A stretch of DNA of 48,439 nucleotides, filler included, from Syntrophales bacterium (GTDB lineage: Bacteria > Desulfobacterota > Syntrophia > Syntrophales > UBA4778), in the NCBI GenBank assembly GCA_963665615.2. It is 2 parts of 2 records of this genome, joined end to end, with 100 filler letters (N's around TTAATTAATTAA, not from the genome) between each part and the next. Parts side by side here need not be neighbours in the genome. Positions count along the whole stretch, not along the records: positions 1 to 25,188 come from CAXXQE010000002.1; positions 25,289 to 48,439 come from CAXXQE010000003.1. One strand, 5' to 3'. Below, piece after piece: positions 20,828 through 32,000 of this stretch. A model generated the notes under the pieces. The model searched no databases. It had not been told where the DNA came from and worked only from the letters and a program-made list of their open reading frames with translations. How positions within the stretch are numbered: position 1 is the first letter of the stretch; each line of letters starts with the position of its first letter. A program made the position numbers and the translations under genes.

Positions 20828-21583
20828 ATGAAGCGGAAAAAATGGATGTTTGCGTTTTATGTCGTTGCGCTGATGTTTGTAATTTCGGGGTGTGCCGGGA
20901 TGGTACTGAAGCAAACGGAACAGAGGAACGCGAGCAGTATCGTCGATTACCTCTACCCCGGTAAAGAACAGGTCGAGCAGCCCAGCATTACCGAGCTTAC
21001 GCTGCCTTTGAAAGTAGGCGTCGCGTTTGTACCGGAAGCCCAAAAATCCAACTTCAACACTCAGTTGGCGGAAAAGGATAAACTGGAGCTGATGGGGAAA
21101 ATATCGGCTGAGTTCAAGAAACTGCCTTTTGTGAAGAATATCGAAATCATTCCATCGGCATATTTGAAACCGCAAGGCAGCTTCGCGAATCTCGATCAGA
21201 TCCGTGCGATGCACGGCGTCGATGTCATTATGCTGATTGCCTATGAGCAGGTGCAACATACCGATGAGGACCTCAAGTCCATATCATACTGGACAATCGT
21301 CGGGGCATATGTGTTCGAGGGCGAGAAGAACGATACCAGTACCATGATGGATGCCGCTGTCTATGATATTGCCAGCCGCAAGATGCTGTTTCGCGCCCCG
21401 GGAACCAGTCATATCAAGGGCTCGGCGACGCTGGTGAACATCACGGAGCAGCTTCGCAAGGATTCTCTTCAGGGATTTCACGCTGCAGCGGAATCGCTGA
21501 TCGCCAATTTGCAGAGTCAACTGGAAGCCTTCAGGACGAAGATCAAGGAAAATCCCCAAGAGTACAAGGTGAAAAGACCATGA
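20828..21583 (+). CDS. Rhombotarget-lipoprotein-like protein
   Basis: Lipobox VISGC. SSIVDYLYP, LPLKVGVAFVP, IIPSAYL, YWTIVGAY, LFRAPG. Confidence 0.75.
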   Translation: MKRKKWMFAFYVVALMFVISGCAGMVLKQTEQRNASSIVDYLYPGKEQVEQPSITELTLPLKVGVAFVPEAQKSNFNTQLAEKDKLELMGKISAEFKKLPFVKNIEIIPSAYLKPQGSFANLDQIRAMHGVDVIMLIAYEQVQHTDEDLKSISYWTIVGAYVFEGEKNDTSTMMDAAVYDIASRKMLFRAPGTSHIKGSATLVNITEQLRKDSLQGFHAAAESLIANLQSQLEAFRTKIKENPQEYKVKRP

Positions 21584-22236
21584 CGCAGAAAAGAATAGCT
21601 GCCCTGAACGAGACGTGAGTTCACAGCAGCTTTTCTCTGAAAAACTGTTTCCCGTCAAGGAAGGTCTGCCGTTGAGAGCTTCGGGACGTTGTCGACTTCG
21701 TGAACTGGAAAATGTTTTTCTGTGGCAGTATAGAGCATAACGGGGCATCAGATATGAGAGGATCGCAAGTTGCCATAGTCAAGAACGTCCCTTAGGGCCG
21801 CGCCTAGGCCCTGTTTTGCTTTCAAAAGAAAGTCCGATAGACAATAATGCTGTCCCGCCTCTGCCGCTGCGAGCGGCGTAACATGCACTTCGCTGAACAC
21901 CGCATTACTTTCCCGCCATCAGCAGTTGGCAATCCTGCACCATCCTCACGTGCGTAACACTTGCCTGCTTCCTGTATGGATCGTTTGATCAAAATCCAGA
22001 TACGTGAAACATTGCTACTGGCATGTCCCCGATCCAAGGACGCTAATGTCTAAGCCCCCATCTTTGATTCGCTATACAATCCGATTATTGACGCATGTAT
22101 AAAATATCATCCTGTTTTATCACCCTTTGAGGTGATTGACGGTTTTTCGCCAAGCGGTGTAAGAACTCATATAATTCAGCTGCCGACAGTAAAGTGGCCC
22201 TGATAACGGGAGCCGGACGTGGATAGGAGGGGGAAA

Positions 22237-23292
22237 ATGGAGCTATACGAAAAGCTTGCCGAACGGATGAATTTTCCAAAGACCATTCTTAATAAAACGG
22301 TTCGGATGATGCGGCTTATGCTTAACGAACACGATGTGGAAATCTTGCTTTCCCTTCCCGCGACGGTTTCCGATCTGGCGAATCAGAGGGAATTAACGTC
22401 TGATGAGATGGAAACCAAAATGAGAGAACTCTTCATCAAAGGCTATGTAACACCTGCGAAGTACATTAACAAGTTCGCCGACAAATTGCCTCAGGGAAGT
22501 TATATGCTGACGGGCAACTGGGAACCTCTTCGAAGCTACAATGCAAAATGGGTGGATTGCCCTCGGGAGGTCCATGATTTTTGGCGGGAATTCGATGACA
22601 CGGTATGGCCAGACATCTACAAGACGTTCATACCGTCAACGGGGAAACCCGGCTCCAGGCTTTTGCCTGTCAGCATGGCCGTCAAAGCCGACAGAAATAT
22701 ATTAGAATTTGAAAGCTGTATTGAAGCCGTAAAGAATGCGAAAACATTGTCCGTGACAAAATGCTCGTGTCGCACCCTCCACAAGAGATGCAACGGTCCG
22801 CTCGAGGTCTGCCTTCAACTTGACTCGGTTGCCTCCATGGCTATCGACAGAGGACTCGGCAGAAAAATCGATGCGAACGAGGCAGAGGCAATCATCAGAA
22901 AATCCGAAGAGGCGGGACTCATCCATACCACCGGCAATGCGAAGAAGATTCTTATCATATGCAATTGTTGCACTTGCTGTTGCCTTGGCTTTACGCCCTT
23001 TGACATGCCCAAAAGTCGCCCGCTCGTTTTGGATCCCACCAGATACCTTGCCGAAATCAATGGTGAAGCATGTAAAGGCTGCGGTGTTTGTCTGGAAAGC
23101 TGTCACTTTGGGGCGATCGCCCAAGAGGACGATCAGAGCGGTGTGCCGGCTATCGACGAACAAAGATGCTTCGGTTGCGGGCTTTGTGCAATGACCTGCC
23201 CGGAAGAAGCCATATTTCTGAAAGAGATACGGGGTGAAGACTTCGTCCCGGAGGAGCTTGGTTTGCCAGCGGACATGTCCACAGTCGGGTAA
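22237..23292 (+). CDS. Large 4Fe-4S protein, paralog 4
   Basis: AGGAGG RBS. CSCR, CNGPLEVC, GLIH, ICNCCTCCC, CKGCGVCLESC, CFGCGLCAMTCP. Confidence 0.85.
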   Translation: MELYEKLAERMNFPKTILNKTVRMMRLMLNEHDVEILLSLPATVSDLANQRELTSDEMETKMRELFIKGYVTPAKYINKFADKLPQGSYMLTGNWEPLRSYNAKWVDCPREVHDFWREFDDTVWPDIYKTFIPSTGKPGSRLLPVSMAVKADRNILEFESCIEAVKNAKTLSVTKCSCRTLHKRCNGPLEVCLQLDSVASMAIDRGLGRKIDANEAEAIIRKSEEAGLIHTTGNAKKILIICNCCTCCCLGFTPFDMPKSRPLVLDPTRYLAEINGEACKGCGVCLESCHFGAIAQEDDQSGVPAIDEQRCFGCGLCAMTCPEEAIFLKEIRGEDFVPEELGLPADMSTVG

Positions 23293-23306
23293 TGCGTGAT
23301 CTGATA

Positions 23307-23425
23307 TTGAAGACTCACCGGAGCAAGCTCCGGAGAATCTCCGATTCCCAAGGAAGATATTTAGTCCTGATTCGCTCGCTTACCCCGCGGCAAGCCACGG
23401 GGAATGCGCTCGCTGAAGAATTCAA
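23307..23425. mobile_element. Non-autonomous IS200/IS605-like (hairpin-ended) miniature element
   Basis: TTGAA...CCGGAGCAAGCTCCGG...CCCCGCGGCAAGCCACGGGG...TTCAA: two subterminal hairpins with the same CAAG-type loop. Confidence 0.55.
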
Positions 23426-23742
23426 GTCGGGTGCGTCTTCTTTCACATTGTATCTTTCAAAACAGAATCTTCAGACAATCGTCTTCCGCCCATGCTTGAC
23501 CCTTAGGTGTTACGGCCTTAATTGAATGGTCGTTCCTTACGCTGACCATATCTGTAAAAGCAAGGAACGAGTTGTGAGACAAGTCGTCCCATGGCCGCCA
23601 CATGATCGGACTGGAAAAGCAACCACAAGCGGGCTTTATGGCGTTACGAAGGACGCAAACCTATAATATGTTTTTTCGGTTTGCTTATCCGGCGTGTGCT
23701 GGTATTCTTGGTGCCAATGCCAACAAGGATGCGGATCGTCTT

Positions 23743-23955
23743 ATGAAACTCATTGAAATAGCTCAAGAGCCGATTGAGCTCTGTAAACTCCTCAAGTTAG
23801 AAAACCTGGCGGAAAGCGGCGGCGAGGCGAAGCATCTCATTGCGGAGGGGCGTGTCCGCGTCAATGGCGCGGTGGAAACGAGGAAGCGCAGGAAGATCGT
23901 TTCGGGCGATGTGATCGAGATCGGTTCGGAGCAACTGAAAGTGAACCGTAAGTGA
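23743..23955 (+). CDS. Small S4 RNA-binding protein (YaaA/YbcJ-like)
   Basis: IELCKLLK..NLAESGGEAK..IAEG.V.VNG.VETRKRRKI..GD. Confidence 0.9.
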   Translation: MKLIEIAQEPIELCKLLKLENLAESGGEAKHLIAEGRVRVNGAVETRKRRKIVSGDVIEIGSEQLKVNRK

Positions 23956-24013
23956 TATTGTTATATTATGCGCCCCATATTCACCAATATCCAATAAGAC
24001 AGGTCATCGTGCC

Positions 24014-24559
24014 ATGAACCTTAGAGAACGCATTATCACCTTCATCAACCAGTCTGCGATGCGGCGGAAAACGGATCAGAGGAAGCCGTTTCTGCTCGGC
24101 GGCGGGCTCTTCATGACCGGGCTTGCGGGGATCGTCATACTGGCCTTCCTAACGGATCGAATCCTTTCTCTGCCGCGTGTTCCGTCCCATCCCATGAATC
24201 TCTTGATGGGCGTTATCCTGCTCGTGATCGGCAGCTGGCTGTGGATCTGGTCGGTAGCGACCTTTGCAGTGATGAAGGGAACGCCCGTTCCGCTTGCACC
24301 TCCGCCGGTTTTGGTTGTGCGCGGTCCTTACCGCTTCTCCCGCAATCCGATGCTGACGGGCGTCTTTTTCACTTTGTTTGGCATCGGTTTTCTGCTTCCA
24401 TCTCTCTCATTGGTCTTTATTTATACTCCTGCCTTTATTCTTCTCAATTATTTCTGGCTCAAGTACATCGAAGAACCGGAATTGGAGCGTCGCCTTGGCG
24501 CAGCTTACGTTGATTATAAAAAGCATACACCGATGTTCTTCGGGCGTAGGGGAGAATGA
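24014..24559 (+). CDS. Isoprenylcysteine carboxylmethyltransferase/PEMT-family membrane protein
   Basis: GTPVP..PP..LVVRGPYRFSRNPM, EE.EL.RR.G..Y.DYKK.TP. Confidence 0.88.
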   Translation: MNLRERIITFINQSAMRRKTDQRKPFLLGGGLFMTGLAGIVILAFLTDRILSLPRVPSHPMNLLMGVILLVIGSWLWIWSVATFAVMKGTPVPLAPPPVLVVRGPYRFSRNPMLTGVFFTLFGIGFLLPSLSLVFIYTPAFILLNYFWLKYIEEPELERRLGAAYVDYKKHTPMFFGRRGE

Positions 24560-24694
24560 CGCCCGCTTCCAGCGTCAGTAATCGCGTTCAGGGAGGTCGG
24601 CTAACCCCTGAAGATGTGCCCTCGTTCTCGGTCTCTGCTTCCGGTGGGCGCGACGGGGCTTCCCTTGCGGCTCCGCATCTGCTATCGTCTGTGG

Positions 24695-25188
24695 ATGCCA
24701 CGAACACGCATCAACCAGTGCACCATTTCAACCCTGCCCGCTCCGACGCGGCTTGACCGCTATTGCGCCAGCCGCTTCACCTATCTGACGGTCGAGCAGT
24801 GGGACGCTGAGATTCAAGCCGGCAGGGTATTGCTGGAGGGTCTGCCGGTTTTCGATCCGGCGCGTCTCGTCCACGGCGGTGAGCGGCTGCTCTGGGATGC
24901 GGGCAACCTGAAAGAGCCTGAGGTGGACGGCGCCTACGCTGTTGTCCATGAGGATGCGCGACTTCTCGTGATCGACAAGCCGGGCAATCTTCCCGTTCAT
25001 CCCGCTGGACGTTATTTCAACAATACCCTGACGGCGATGCTGGAGGCCCGCTATGGGCGGCCGGTCTATCCGGTGCACCGAATCGACCGCGAGACATCAG
25101 GTGCGATCCTCCTGACCTTCGATCGCGGGGACGTACAGGCGCTCGCGGCCTCCATGGCGGCCAAGGAATATTTGGCCATCGTTCACGG
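24695..25188 (+). CDS. RluA-family pseudouridine synthase, truncated by the contig end
   Basis: RLDRY..SRF, IDKPGNLPVHP, HRIDRETSG. Confidence 0.85.
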
Positions 25189-25288
25189 NNNNNNNNNNNN
25201 NNNNNNNNNNNNNNNNNNNNNNNNNNNNNNNNTTAATTAATTAANNNNNNNNNNNNNNNNNNNNNNNNNNNNNNNNNNNNNNNNNNNN
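25189..25288. other. Artificial contig linker (N-run, TTAATTAATTAA, N-run)
   Basis: Symmetric 44-N runs around a stop-rich palindromic spacer. Confidence 0.95.
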
Positions 25289-25324
25289 ATGCATTCCGGG
25301 TGGTTTTAATATTTCCCTTGTCAG

Positions 25325-25352
25325 TTGACAAAGATACGCGCGTGATTATGGT
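25325..25352 (+). promoter_or_regulatory. Putative sigma70 promoter
   Basis: TTGACA-N16-TATGGT upstream of the 41-aa ORF. Confidence 0.45.
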
Positions 25353-25429
25353 ATGCAGCAACAAAGATTAAATATGATTTGGTAGTGAATATAAAACGAT
25401 AACGTTTTGAAATATGCGAGAGGACGGCC

Positions 25430-25555
25430 ATGGAAAACACGGAGAGGGAAGTGAGAGAGAGTAACGAAGAGGCGCGACTTTTCGAAGAACTCGACGAGGA
25501 AGAGTTGCGCTACCTGTTGGCGGGTCCCGGCTGCAACGAGGAATTTTACCACTAG
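25430..25555 (+). CDS. 41-aa acidic peptide, not in the ORF track
   Basis: GAGAGGA RBS. MENTEREVRESNEEARLFEELDEEELRYLLAGPGCNEEFYH*. Promoter upstream and terminator downstream. Confidence 0.6.
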   Translation: MENTEREVRESNEEARLFEELDEEELRYLLAGPGCNEEFYH

Positions 25556-25634
25556 CGTGTGTGGTGTTCGAAAGAGTTGATGTCCGCTCCGGTTGATGGA
25601 GCGGGCGGACTGTTTTCACGGACTGGACGGCGAA

Positions 25635-25690
25635 AGGCGCCGGGGGGCATGCACCAAAACAAGGTGGATGTTCCCGGCGCCTCTTTTTAT
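25635..25690 (+). terminator. Intrinsic terminator
   Basis: AGGCGCCGGGGGGCATGCACC...GGTGGATGTTCCCGGCGCCT followed by CTTTTTAT. Confidence 0.7.
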
Positions 25691-25723
25691 TCCTTCTCCC
25701 CGCGGTGGGGCGGAAAGGGACGA

Positions 25724-26466
25724 TCATCTCCCGGGGACGGTCGGATCGGAGGTCCCGTCCATCATCCAATCGGGCATGCTGCCGTCGGCATTGGGCCGGA
25801 CATGGTCCACGGGCAGCGCCGACCGCAGATAGGGGTTGTCCTCGGGGTTTCTGCCCCGCATGATGAAGATCAGCCAACGGTAGAACGCAACCCCGCCCAC
25901 GTTCCGGTCGAGCCAGGTGGCCTCTTTCGGGAATTTGGCGAGGAAGGACCAGTTCGCGGGGTCCAGGCCCTTGGGCCAGTACATGATGCTGTTGGCGATT
26001 TCTTTGAAATAGTTCAGGGTTACGAGGTCGAAGTCGCCGACGCAGCCTCCGGTATCTTCGATAACGTATATGCCGTGGGAGGACAATACCGGAAAAAGTG
26101 TGTTGAACGTTTTGATCTGGTGCGCGGGTATATGGCTCCCGTCGTCTATGACAATATCGATGTTGCAGCCGATTTCCGCTATGCACCGATTGAGAAAAAC
26201 CGTATCGGATTGGTTACCGATGAAGATTCTTCTCCTGTTTCCCCCGAGTTCCCTGCACTTCTCATCGATGTCTATCCCGAATATCCTGGCGTTCGGGAAA
26301 AATTCCTCCCACATCTTGATGGATTTGTCCGTTTCCAGCCCGATTTCACAAACGTTCCTCACCTGGAAGCGTATATCGCGAAAATGAGTCCAGTAATGCC
26401 TGATGTAATTGTGGTATCTCTTCGTGGGAGGTATTTTTCGGCGAGTTCAAGCAGCTCGTTATTCAT
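25724..26466 (-). CDS. Class I SAM-dependent methyltransferase (MycE-like), 1-nt frameshift near 26426
   Basis: VCEIG, W.E.FP.A.I.GIDID, GNQSD, DIVIDDGSH, GIYVIED. Adding one C joins MNNELLELAEKYLP to TKRYHNYIRHYW. Confidence 0.8.
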
Positions 26467-26652
26467 GTTTTGCTCTCCACCGGCAATGCGGATGCGAAGT
26501 GATTGCGGCCTCGGGCTCGGCGTACACAATGAAACTTTGCCGCTACTGATTCTTTAAGGACACGCCTGATCCTTTATACATCGATTATCAGGCAAGTCCA
26601 TCTCTTTTGAGGCTTTATTGCATTGCAGTGGGTGTATCCCGTCAAACTCCGT

Positions 26653-27648
26653 TCATGGATGAACTTCCGGCAGAAATTCGGCCCCGGAAAGCTCCAGGTC
26701 GTCGATCATCCGCAGGTCTTGCTGCACGTTGCGGCCGGCGACGGTGAGCAGTGTTCCCATCATCATTCCGGTCGCCCCCGCATAGAAGATGAGTGATTGG
26801 AGGTCCCTCATCCCGACGCGGCCGGCGCAGACCTTGATTTCGGCCCCCGGGTTCGTCATGCGAAACATGCCGATGCTGCGTACGATGTCCAGGGGCCGCA
26901 TGGACGTGAGGGATTCCAGCGCCGTTCCCGGGATGGGAACGAGGTAGTTGAGAGGGATGGACTCGACTTTTTCCCGCGCCAGGCAAAGGGCGAATTCGAC
27001 CCGCTGATCGAGGTTTTCGCCCATCCCCAGGATGCCCCCGGAACATACTTCCAGGCCGGATTGCCGAGCGGCCCGAATCGTATCGATCCGAAGTTCGTAG
27101 CCATGTGTGGTGCAGATGTTCGGGAAGAAGCTTTCGGCGCATTCCAGGTTGTGGTGGAATCGTGTGAACCCGGATGCTTTGAGGAAGCGCAGGTGCGGTT
27201 CATCCAGGCAGCCCAGAGACGCATACCAGGCCACGCGGCCCCGGGGACCGCTTCGCACGGTTCCGGCGATCCGTTCGATGTCTTCTTCCGGAAGTGCCTT
27301 GCCGCTGGTCACGATTCCGAAATGGCTGACGGGGAGGTCCGATGCCTCCTCGTAGGCCGCTGCGATCTCCTCCGGTGCCACCATGTCGAATACCTCGGCG
27401 CCGGTTTGATGGTATGCCGATTGAGCGCAGAAGGCACAGTCCTCGGAACAGGCTCCGCTCTTGGCATTCAGGATGGAGCAGAGGCGATACCGATTGCCGA
27501 AGGAGCGCTTTCGCACAGCCGTTGCGGCGGCCAGGAGTTCGGGGATTTCGTCGGCGGCGCATTGCAGAATGTCCAGGGCGGTTTCCGCGGAAACGGGCGA
27601 GCCCTTCTCCACGGTGCGGCGCATCTCTTTGCGGCTGGCTTCCTTCAT
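26653..27648 (-). CDS. bioB: Biotin synthase
   Basis: [40 protein letters not shown]. BirA box upstream. Confidence 0.92.
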   Translation of the reverse strand: MKEASRKEMRRTVEKGSPVSAETALDILQCAADEIPELLAAATAVRKRSFGNRYRLCSILNAKSGACSEDCAFCAQSAYHQTGAEVFDMVAPEEIAAAYEEASDLPVSHFGIVTSGKALPEEDIERIAGTVRSGPRGRVAWYASLGCLDEPHLRFLKASGFTRFHHNLECAESFFPNICTTHGYELRIDTIRAARQSGLEVCSGGILGMGENLDQRVEFALCLAREKVESIPLNYLVPIPGTALESLTSMRPLDIVRSIGMFRMTNPGAEIKVCAGRVGMRDLQSLIFYAGATGMMMGTLLTVAGRNVQQDLRMIDDLELSGAEFLPEVHP

Positions 27649-27780
27649 CTCGGGCTCCCTTTCGTGAGGTTGTTCGCCGCGGCGAGGTTCCACTATGTGC
27701 CGGTACGATTGCTCGCTCCGACATGATCGGGGAATGTGAACGTTGAATTCCATACACTCCGAAGTCGGGGTTGTCAATGA

Positions 27781-27815
27781 TTGGTTAACCTGCACGATAT
27801 ACCTTGGTTGACCAA
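27781..27815. promoter_or_regulatory. BirA operator
   Basis: TTGGTTAACC-N15-GGTTGACCAA upstream of bioB, matching the GT(A/C)AACC-N14/15-GGTT(T/G)AC pattern. Confidence 0.8.
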
Positions 27816-27971
27816 CTATCCCCCTACCGGATTTCCATCTCGAGGGAAGTGAAAAATCCGGTGCCGAGTGCATTCCCCGGTGTGAAAACGTTCCGCGACG
27901 AGGTACACTGCAAGAAAAAACATTGCCGGCGGCCTCGGCTGCCAGAAAGAACCTTTTACAGGAGAGAGCGA

Positions 27972-29006
27972 ATGCGCGTTGTGGATATGCGATCCGACAC
28001 GATTACGAAGCCGACTCCGGCCATGCGCCGGGCGATGGCGGAAGCGGAAGTGGGCGACGATGTCTTCGGGGAAGACCCCTCCATAAACCGGTTGCAGGAT
28101 ATGGCGGCGGAGCGCCTCGGCAAGGAAGCGGGCCTGTTCGTGGCCAGCGGCACCATGGGCAATTTGATATGCCTTCTATCGCACTGCGGGCGAGGGGAGG
28201 AAGCGATCATCGGCGATCAGGCCCACGTCTACATTTACGAAGCGGGCGGCATGGCGACCGTGGGAGGAATCCATCCCCGGCCGATCAAAAACGAGCCGGA
28301 TGGCACCATGGACCTGGCGGCCATCGAGGCGGCCATCCGGCCCGACAACGTCCATTTTCCCCGGACACGCCTGATCGCCCTGGAAAATACCCACAACCGC
28401 TGCTATGGAAGCCCCCTCACTTTGCAGTACATGGACGGGGTCCGAAAGATTGCCGACAGCTATGGACTCAAGGTCCACATGGACGGCGCGCGCCTCTTCA
28501 ACGCCGCGGTGGCGAGCGGAATCGACGCGAAGGAATTTGCGTCGCGGGTGGATTCGGTGACTTTTTGCCTCAGCAAGGGCCTCGCCGCCCCGGTTGGTTC
28601 CGTCGTGTGCGGAACGAAGGCGTTCATCAATGAGGCGCGCCGTGCTCGCAAACTCCTCGGCGGAGGCATGCGCCAGGCGGGTGTGCTTGCGGCGGCGGGA
28701 ATCGTGGCGCTCACCGAGATGGTGGACCGCCTTGCGGACGACCATGCCAATGCGCGCAGGCTGGCGGAGGGGATTGCGGAAATTTCCGGGCTTTCCGTCA
28801 ACCTGGACCTCGTGCGATCCAATATCGTCTTCGTGGATATCGAACGAAAGGAAATGGATTCCGAGCAGCTTCTCGACCGGCTCAAGGAAGGCGGGGTCCT
28901 GGGACTTCCCACCAACCCGCGCCGCATCCGGGTCGTCATGCAGTATCACGTCAGCCGGGACGACGTCGACTTCGCCCTGGGCGTGTTCCGGAAGGTGATG
29001 GGATAA
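27972..29006 (+). CDS. ltaE: Low-specificity L-threonine aldolase
   Basis: [56 protein letters not shown]. Confidence 0.95.
   Translation: MRVVDMRSDTITKPTPAMRRAMAEAEVGDDVFGEDPSINRLQDMAAERLGKEAGLFVASGTMGNLICLLSHCGRGEEAIIGDQAHVYIYEAGGMATVGGIHPRPIKNEPDGTMDLAAIEAAIRPDNVHFPRTRLIALENTHNRCYGSPLTLQYMDGVRKIADSYGLKVHMDGARLFNAAVASGIDAKEFASRVDSVTFCLSKGLAAPVGSVVCGTKAFINEARRARKLLGGGMRQAGVLAAAGIVALTEMVDRLADDHANARRLAEGIAEISGLSVNLDLVRSNIVFVDIERKEMDSEQLLDRLKEGGVLGLPTNPRRIRVVMQYHVSRDDVDFALGVFRKVMG
28949..29002 (+). repeat. Direct repeat copy 1 (3' end of ltaE)
   Basis: CGTCAGCCGGGACGACGTCGACTTCGCCCTGGGCGTGTTCCGGAAGGTGATGGG; near-identical copy at 35564-35618. Confidence 0.9.
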
Positions 29007-29010
29007 AACT

Positions 29011-29058
29011 GGCTCATCCGGCGAATGAGTACCTGGCAATCGCCGGATGAGCCGAAAA
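29011..29058. terminator. Hairpin between convergent ltaE and the KaiC-like gene
   Basis: GGCTCATCCGGCGA...TCGCCGGATGAGCC followed by GAAAA. Confidence 0.65.
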
Positions 29059-29068
29059 TGAAAGCATA

Positions 29069-32000
29069 CTATTTGTGATCACCACCGAATCTATCAATAA
29101 TTTGAATTAGGTCGTCTTTGAGTTCTGATATGGATGCTAAGAACGGTGAGACATCAGTGTTGCAATTGCTTTGGTAAGATGATTGGCTGCTCTTAATAAA
29201 CATCCTTCGGCTCCACTCATTTAAGTTTGATTCAATATACCAATAATTAGGGATCCAGAAAGTCGAAAAATATCGTTCATCATCAAGTATTCTATCGATG
29301 ATGGCTCTATCTAGGATTCTTTCTTCAAGATCTTGATGGCAGGCCCAATTCTCCCGTAATATTGGAAGACCTCGCCGTTGCTGAAATCGAGTGATATCGG
29401 CATTACCCGTTGCAAGCTCCGAAATAAACATGAAAGCAGTCTCAGGCGCTAAGGCACCTCTGATTATTCCCAGCGAGTAAAAATCCAAACATGACACCCC
29501 GCTAGAATTGCTGGGGTCACTCGTAGGCAGCGGCGCTATTGAAAATTCAAGGCGGTCTTTGAGATTCTTATTTTCAGAAAAGACAGGATCGCTACGAGGC
29601 AAAAGGTATTTTTCGATATCTGGAATCTTGGGGTCGTTAACAGGATACTGGTCAATCATAGAAAACCAGCGGCGAGAAAAATATGCGTTATGGTAGTGAA
29701 CTTTTTCTAAAGGACTCTTAGAAACCCCTTCCTGCACAAGTCTTCTCAATAGAATGACAGTGTTATCAAATGATTCTGAGGCAATCATCCCCTTTAAGCC
29801 GTCTATGGAGCTTAGACTTTGTTTGATAAGAGTTACGTCGGAGCCCATGAAATCAAACAGTATTTCTAAAAAAAATGAAAAAAAACAGTGTATATCAGTC
29901 ATTAATGATGGTATAGCGAACAAGTTCTCAATCCAAGGGGGGTGGAGCCAAACAGGCTTAGAGGAGTCATGTTTCGGTCTCTTCTTTAACGCCTTGAAAG
30001 TTTCATTAAGTTTAAACATCTCATCCCAACTTTTAGGTGGACACTTAGGGACTGATTCATCAAGGCTTAAAGCGATACTCTGCTCCCTGGCAGCTTTTCT
30101 TGATAGCTGCCCTTTATTGATTTGGCAGCATAGAACCCCAAGATCAGCATAAAGAGGTAAGCTGTAGCTATGATCAGATTCTTGGGAGGCAGCACTGTAA
30201 CGTTGCGACAATCCCCAGAGGCTATACGATCTGGATTCAATGTACTCACGTGGGGGAAGTGAGGATTTTGTATGTAGTGGATATTTATCTAACTCTTCCT
30301 TTGGAAAAGATATTAAACGCCTATCGTCTTTGAGTACTTCGATGATGTATTGCTTAAAACAAACGACCTTAGTGTTAGAGTGTCCGGCCCCAGCATAACC
30401 CCTGAAAGACCAATGTTTTGGAGAAGGATTCCCCCTAAAAACATGAGCGAATATTTGGTCAGAAGAATATCTAAGTTTAAAATCACCAAGTATGGGCTCG
30501 TGGATGCTCCTGGATGAATAGTTTTGATCGAAAATCTTTAAAAAGACCTTTGCTTCGTGGATCTGATCCATTTGGCCGCTTAGCATTGAAACCATCGGCC
30601 ATCCACGATCTTCAAGAAACATTGTGTGGTCAGCTTGCTCTTCCTTGACTTGACTAATGTGATGAGGTAAAGATATAAAATTACGATATCTTGATTTTGT
30701 TAATGCAAATGTCATAGATAACTGGTTATTAATTTCAAACCATCTTAGATGACCGATGAAATCAGCCTCCTCGCTCCAATGCATCAATAGGTTTCCAAGG
30801 CGGGTGAATGCAGACGGTAAATCAATAAATATTAAGCCAATCGCATTATTATTACGAATAATCTGAGATATCCATTCAATATAATTTACTGATTCCAGTG
30901 GATTGGAAAATTCAGATTCGAGGGTTGAAATCCCGTCGACAACGGCTCTTGTGGTTGTATTTGGTAGAGCAATTAAGGTCTTCGTAAGAGAAAATGCGAT
31001 CCTGTCGGGATGTACTGCAGGATTTGACCTATCATGGTGAAAGAAGGAGACGTTTGCAGTCTTATCCCTGCCGCTTAGTTTGTCAAGGATGGAAGGGAAC
31101 CGTCTAGAATAGGGTTCCCGGTAAAGCGAGCGCAAAAGGCTGCTATGGCCGAAAGAAACCCACGCGCCTTTAGGCCGTTCAGTGACCCGTATATCGGGTT
31201 TTGAGAGATTGAAAAGGGGAGAAAGGAAAGAGAGGCCCATGCCTAATTTATCAGTGCCGGGTTCAGCTGTGACAACTAAAACGTCACCCTCTTCCAGGGA
31301 ACCCTGTTCAGGGTTGCCGCCAAGTATACGATCAAGACCTTGTATGCCTGAGTGGAATCGAGATGCATTGCAATGATCCTGCGCGCAAATAGAAGAGCAA
31401 GCAGAATAGGTTGGTATTCTGGGATAGATTTGAAAAATGGATGTCGTTTCTGTAGACAATTTGAACATCTCGAATCCATGCTTTCCACGAACATGGTCAA
31501 GATACCTCATTTTTTCAATCTCAAGGAAGCGATGTCTTTGAACGGCGGCATCAACAGTGAGGTTGAAAACAGCATCTGCCATATGGCCAAAGTAATTGTC
31601 AATGGCGGTAATTTCTTCTTCTGCAATAACAATCAATAAAAGCTTAGATCTAATTATTTTCGTAAAGAGCGAAATTATAAATTTATGAATACGAACTGAA
31701 TCAGACATCTTGAGAATTGTCATGCCATCGATGAGGATACATAGCTCTGAATTAATATCGCGATTGGCAATCCAAGAGGAGATAAATGGAAAATCATGCT
31801 CGAATTCTTCCGCACAAACAAATTGGGTATCAGGAATGTGGTCATGAAAGTCTAATCCAAATCTGGCAGCAATGCAGTCTAATTCTTGAGGTGGTTCTTG
31901 AAAATAGACAATCAAGCCGTGTGATAGTTCATTGGCCTTTAGCGCACCGATTCTTCCGAGGTGATAGTTTAAAAGATGGAGGCCGAGGGTGGTTTTGCCA

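Noticed and set aside
25189..25288. TTAATTAATTAA palindrome within Ns
   Set aside because: Assembly linker. It is not biological, and the two sides cannot be treated as neighbours.
25559..26557. 332-aa plus-strand ORF
   Set aside because: Antisense to the methyltransferase and crosses a terminator.
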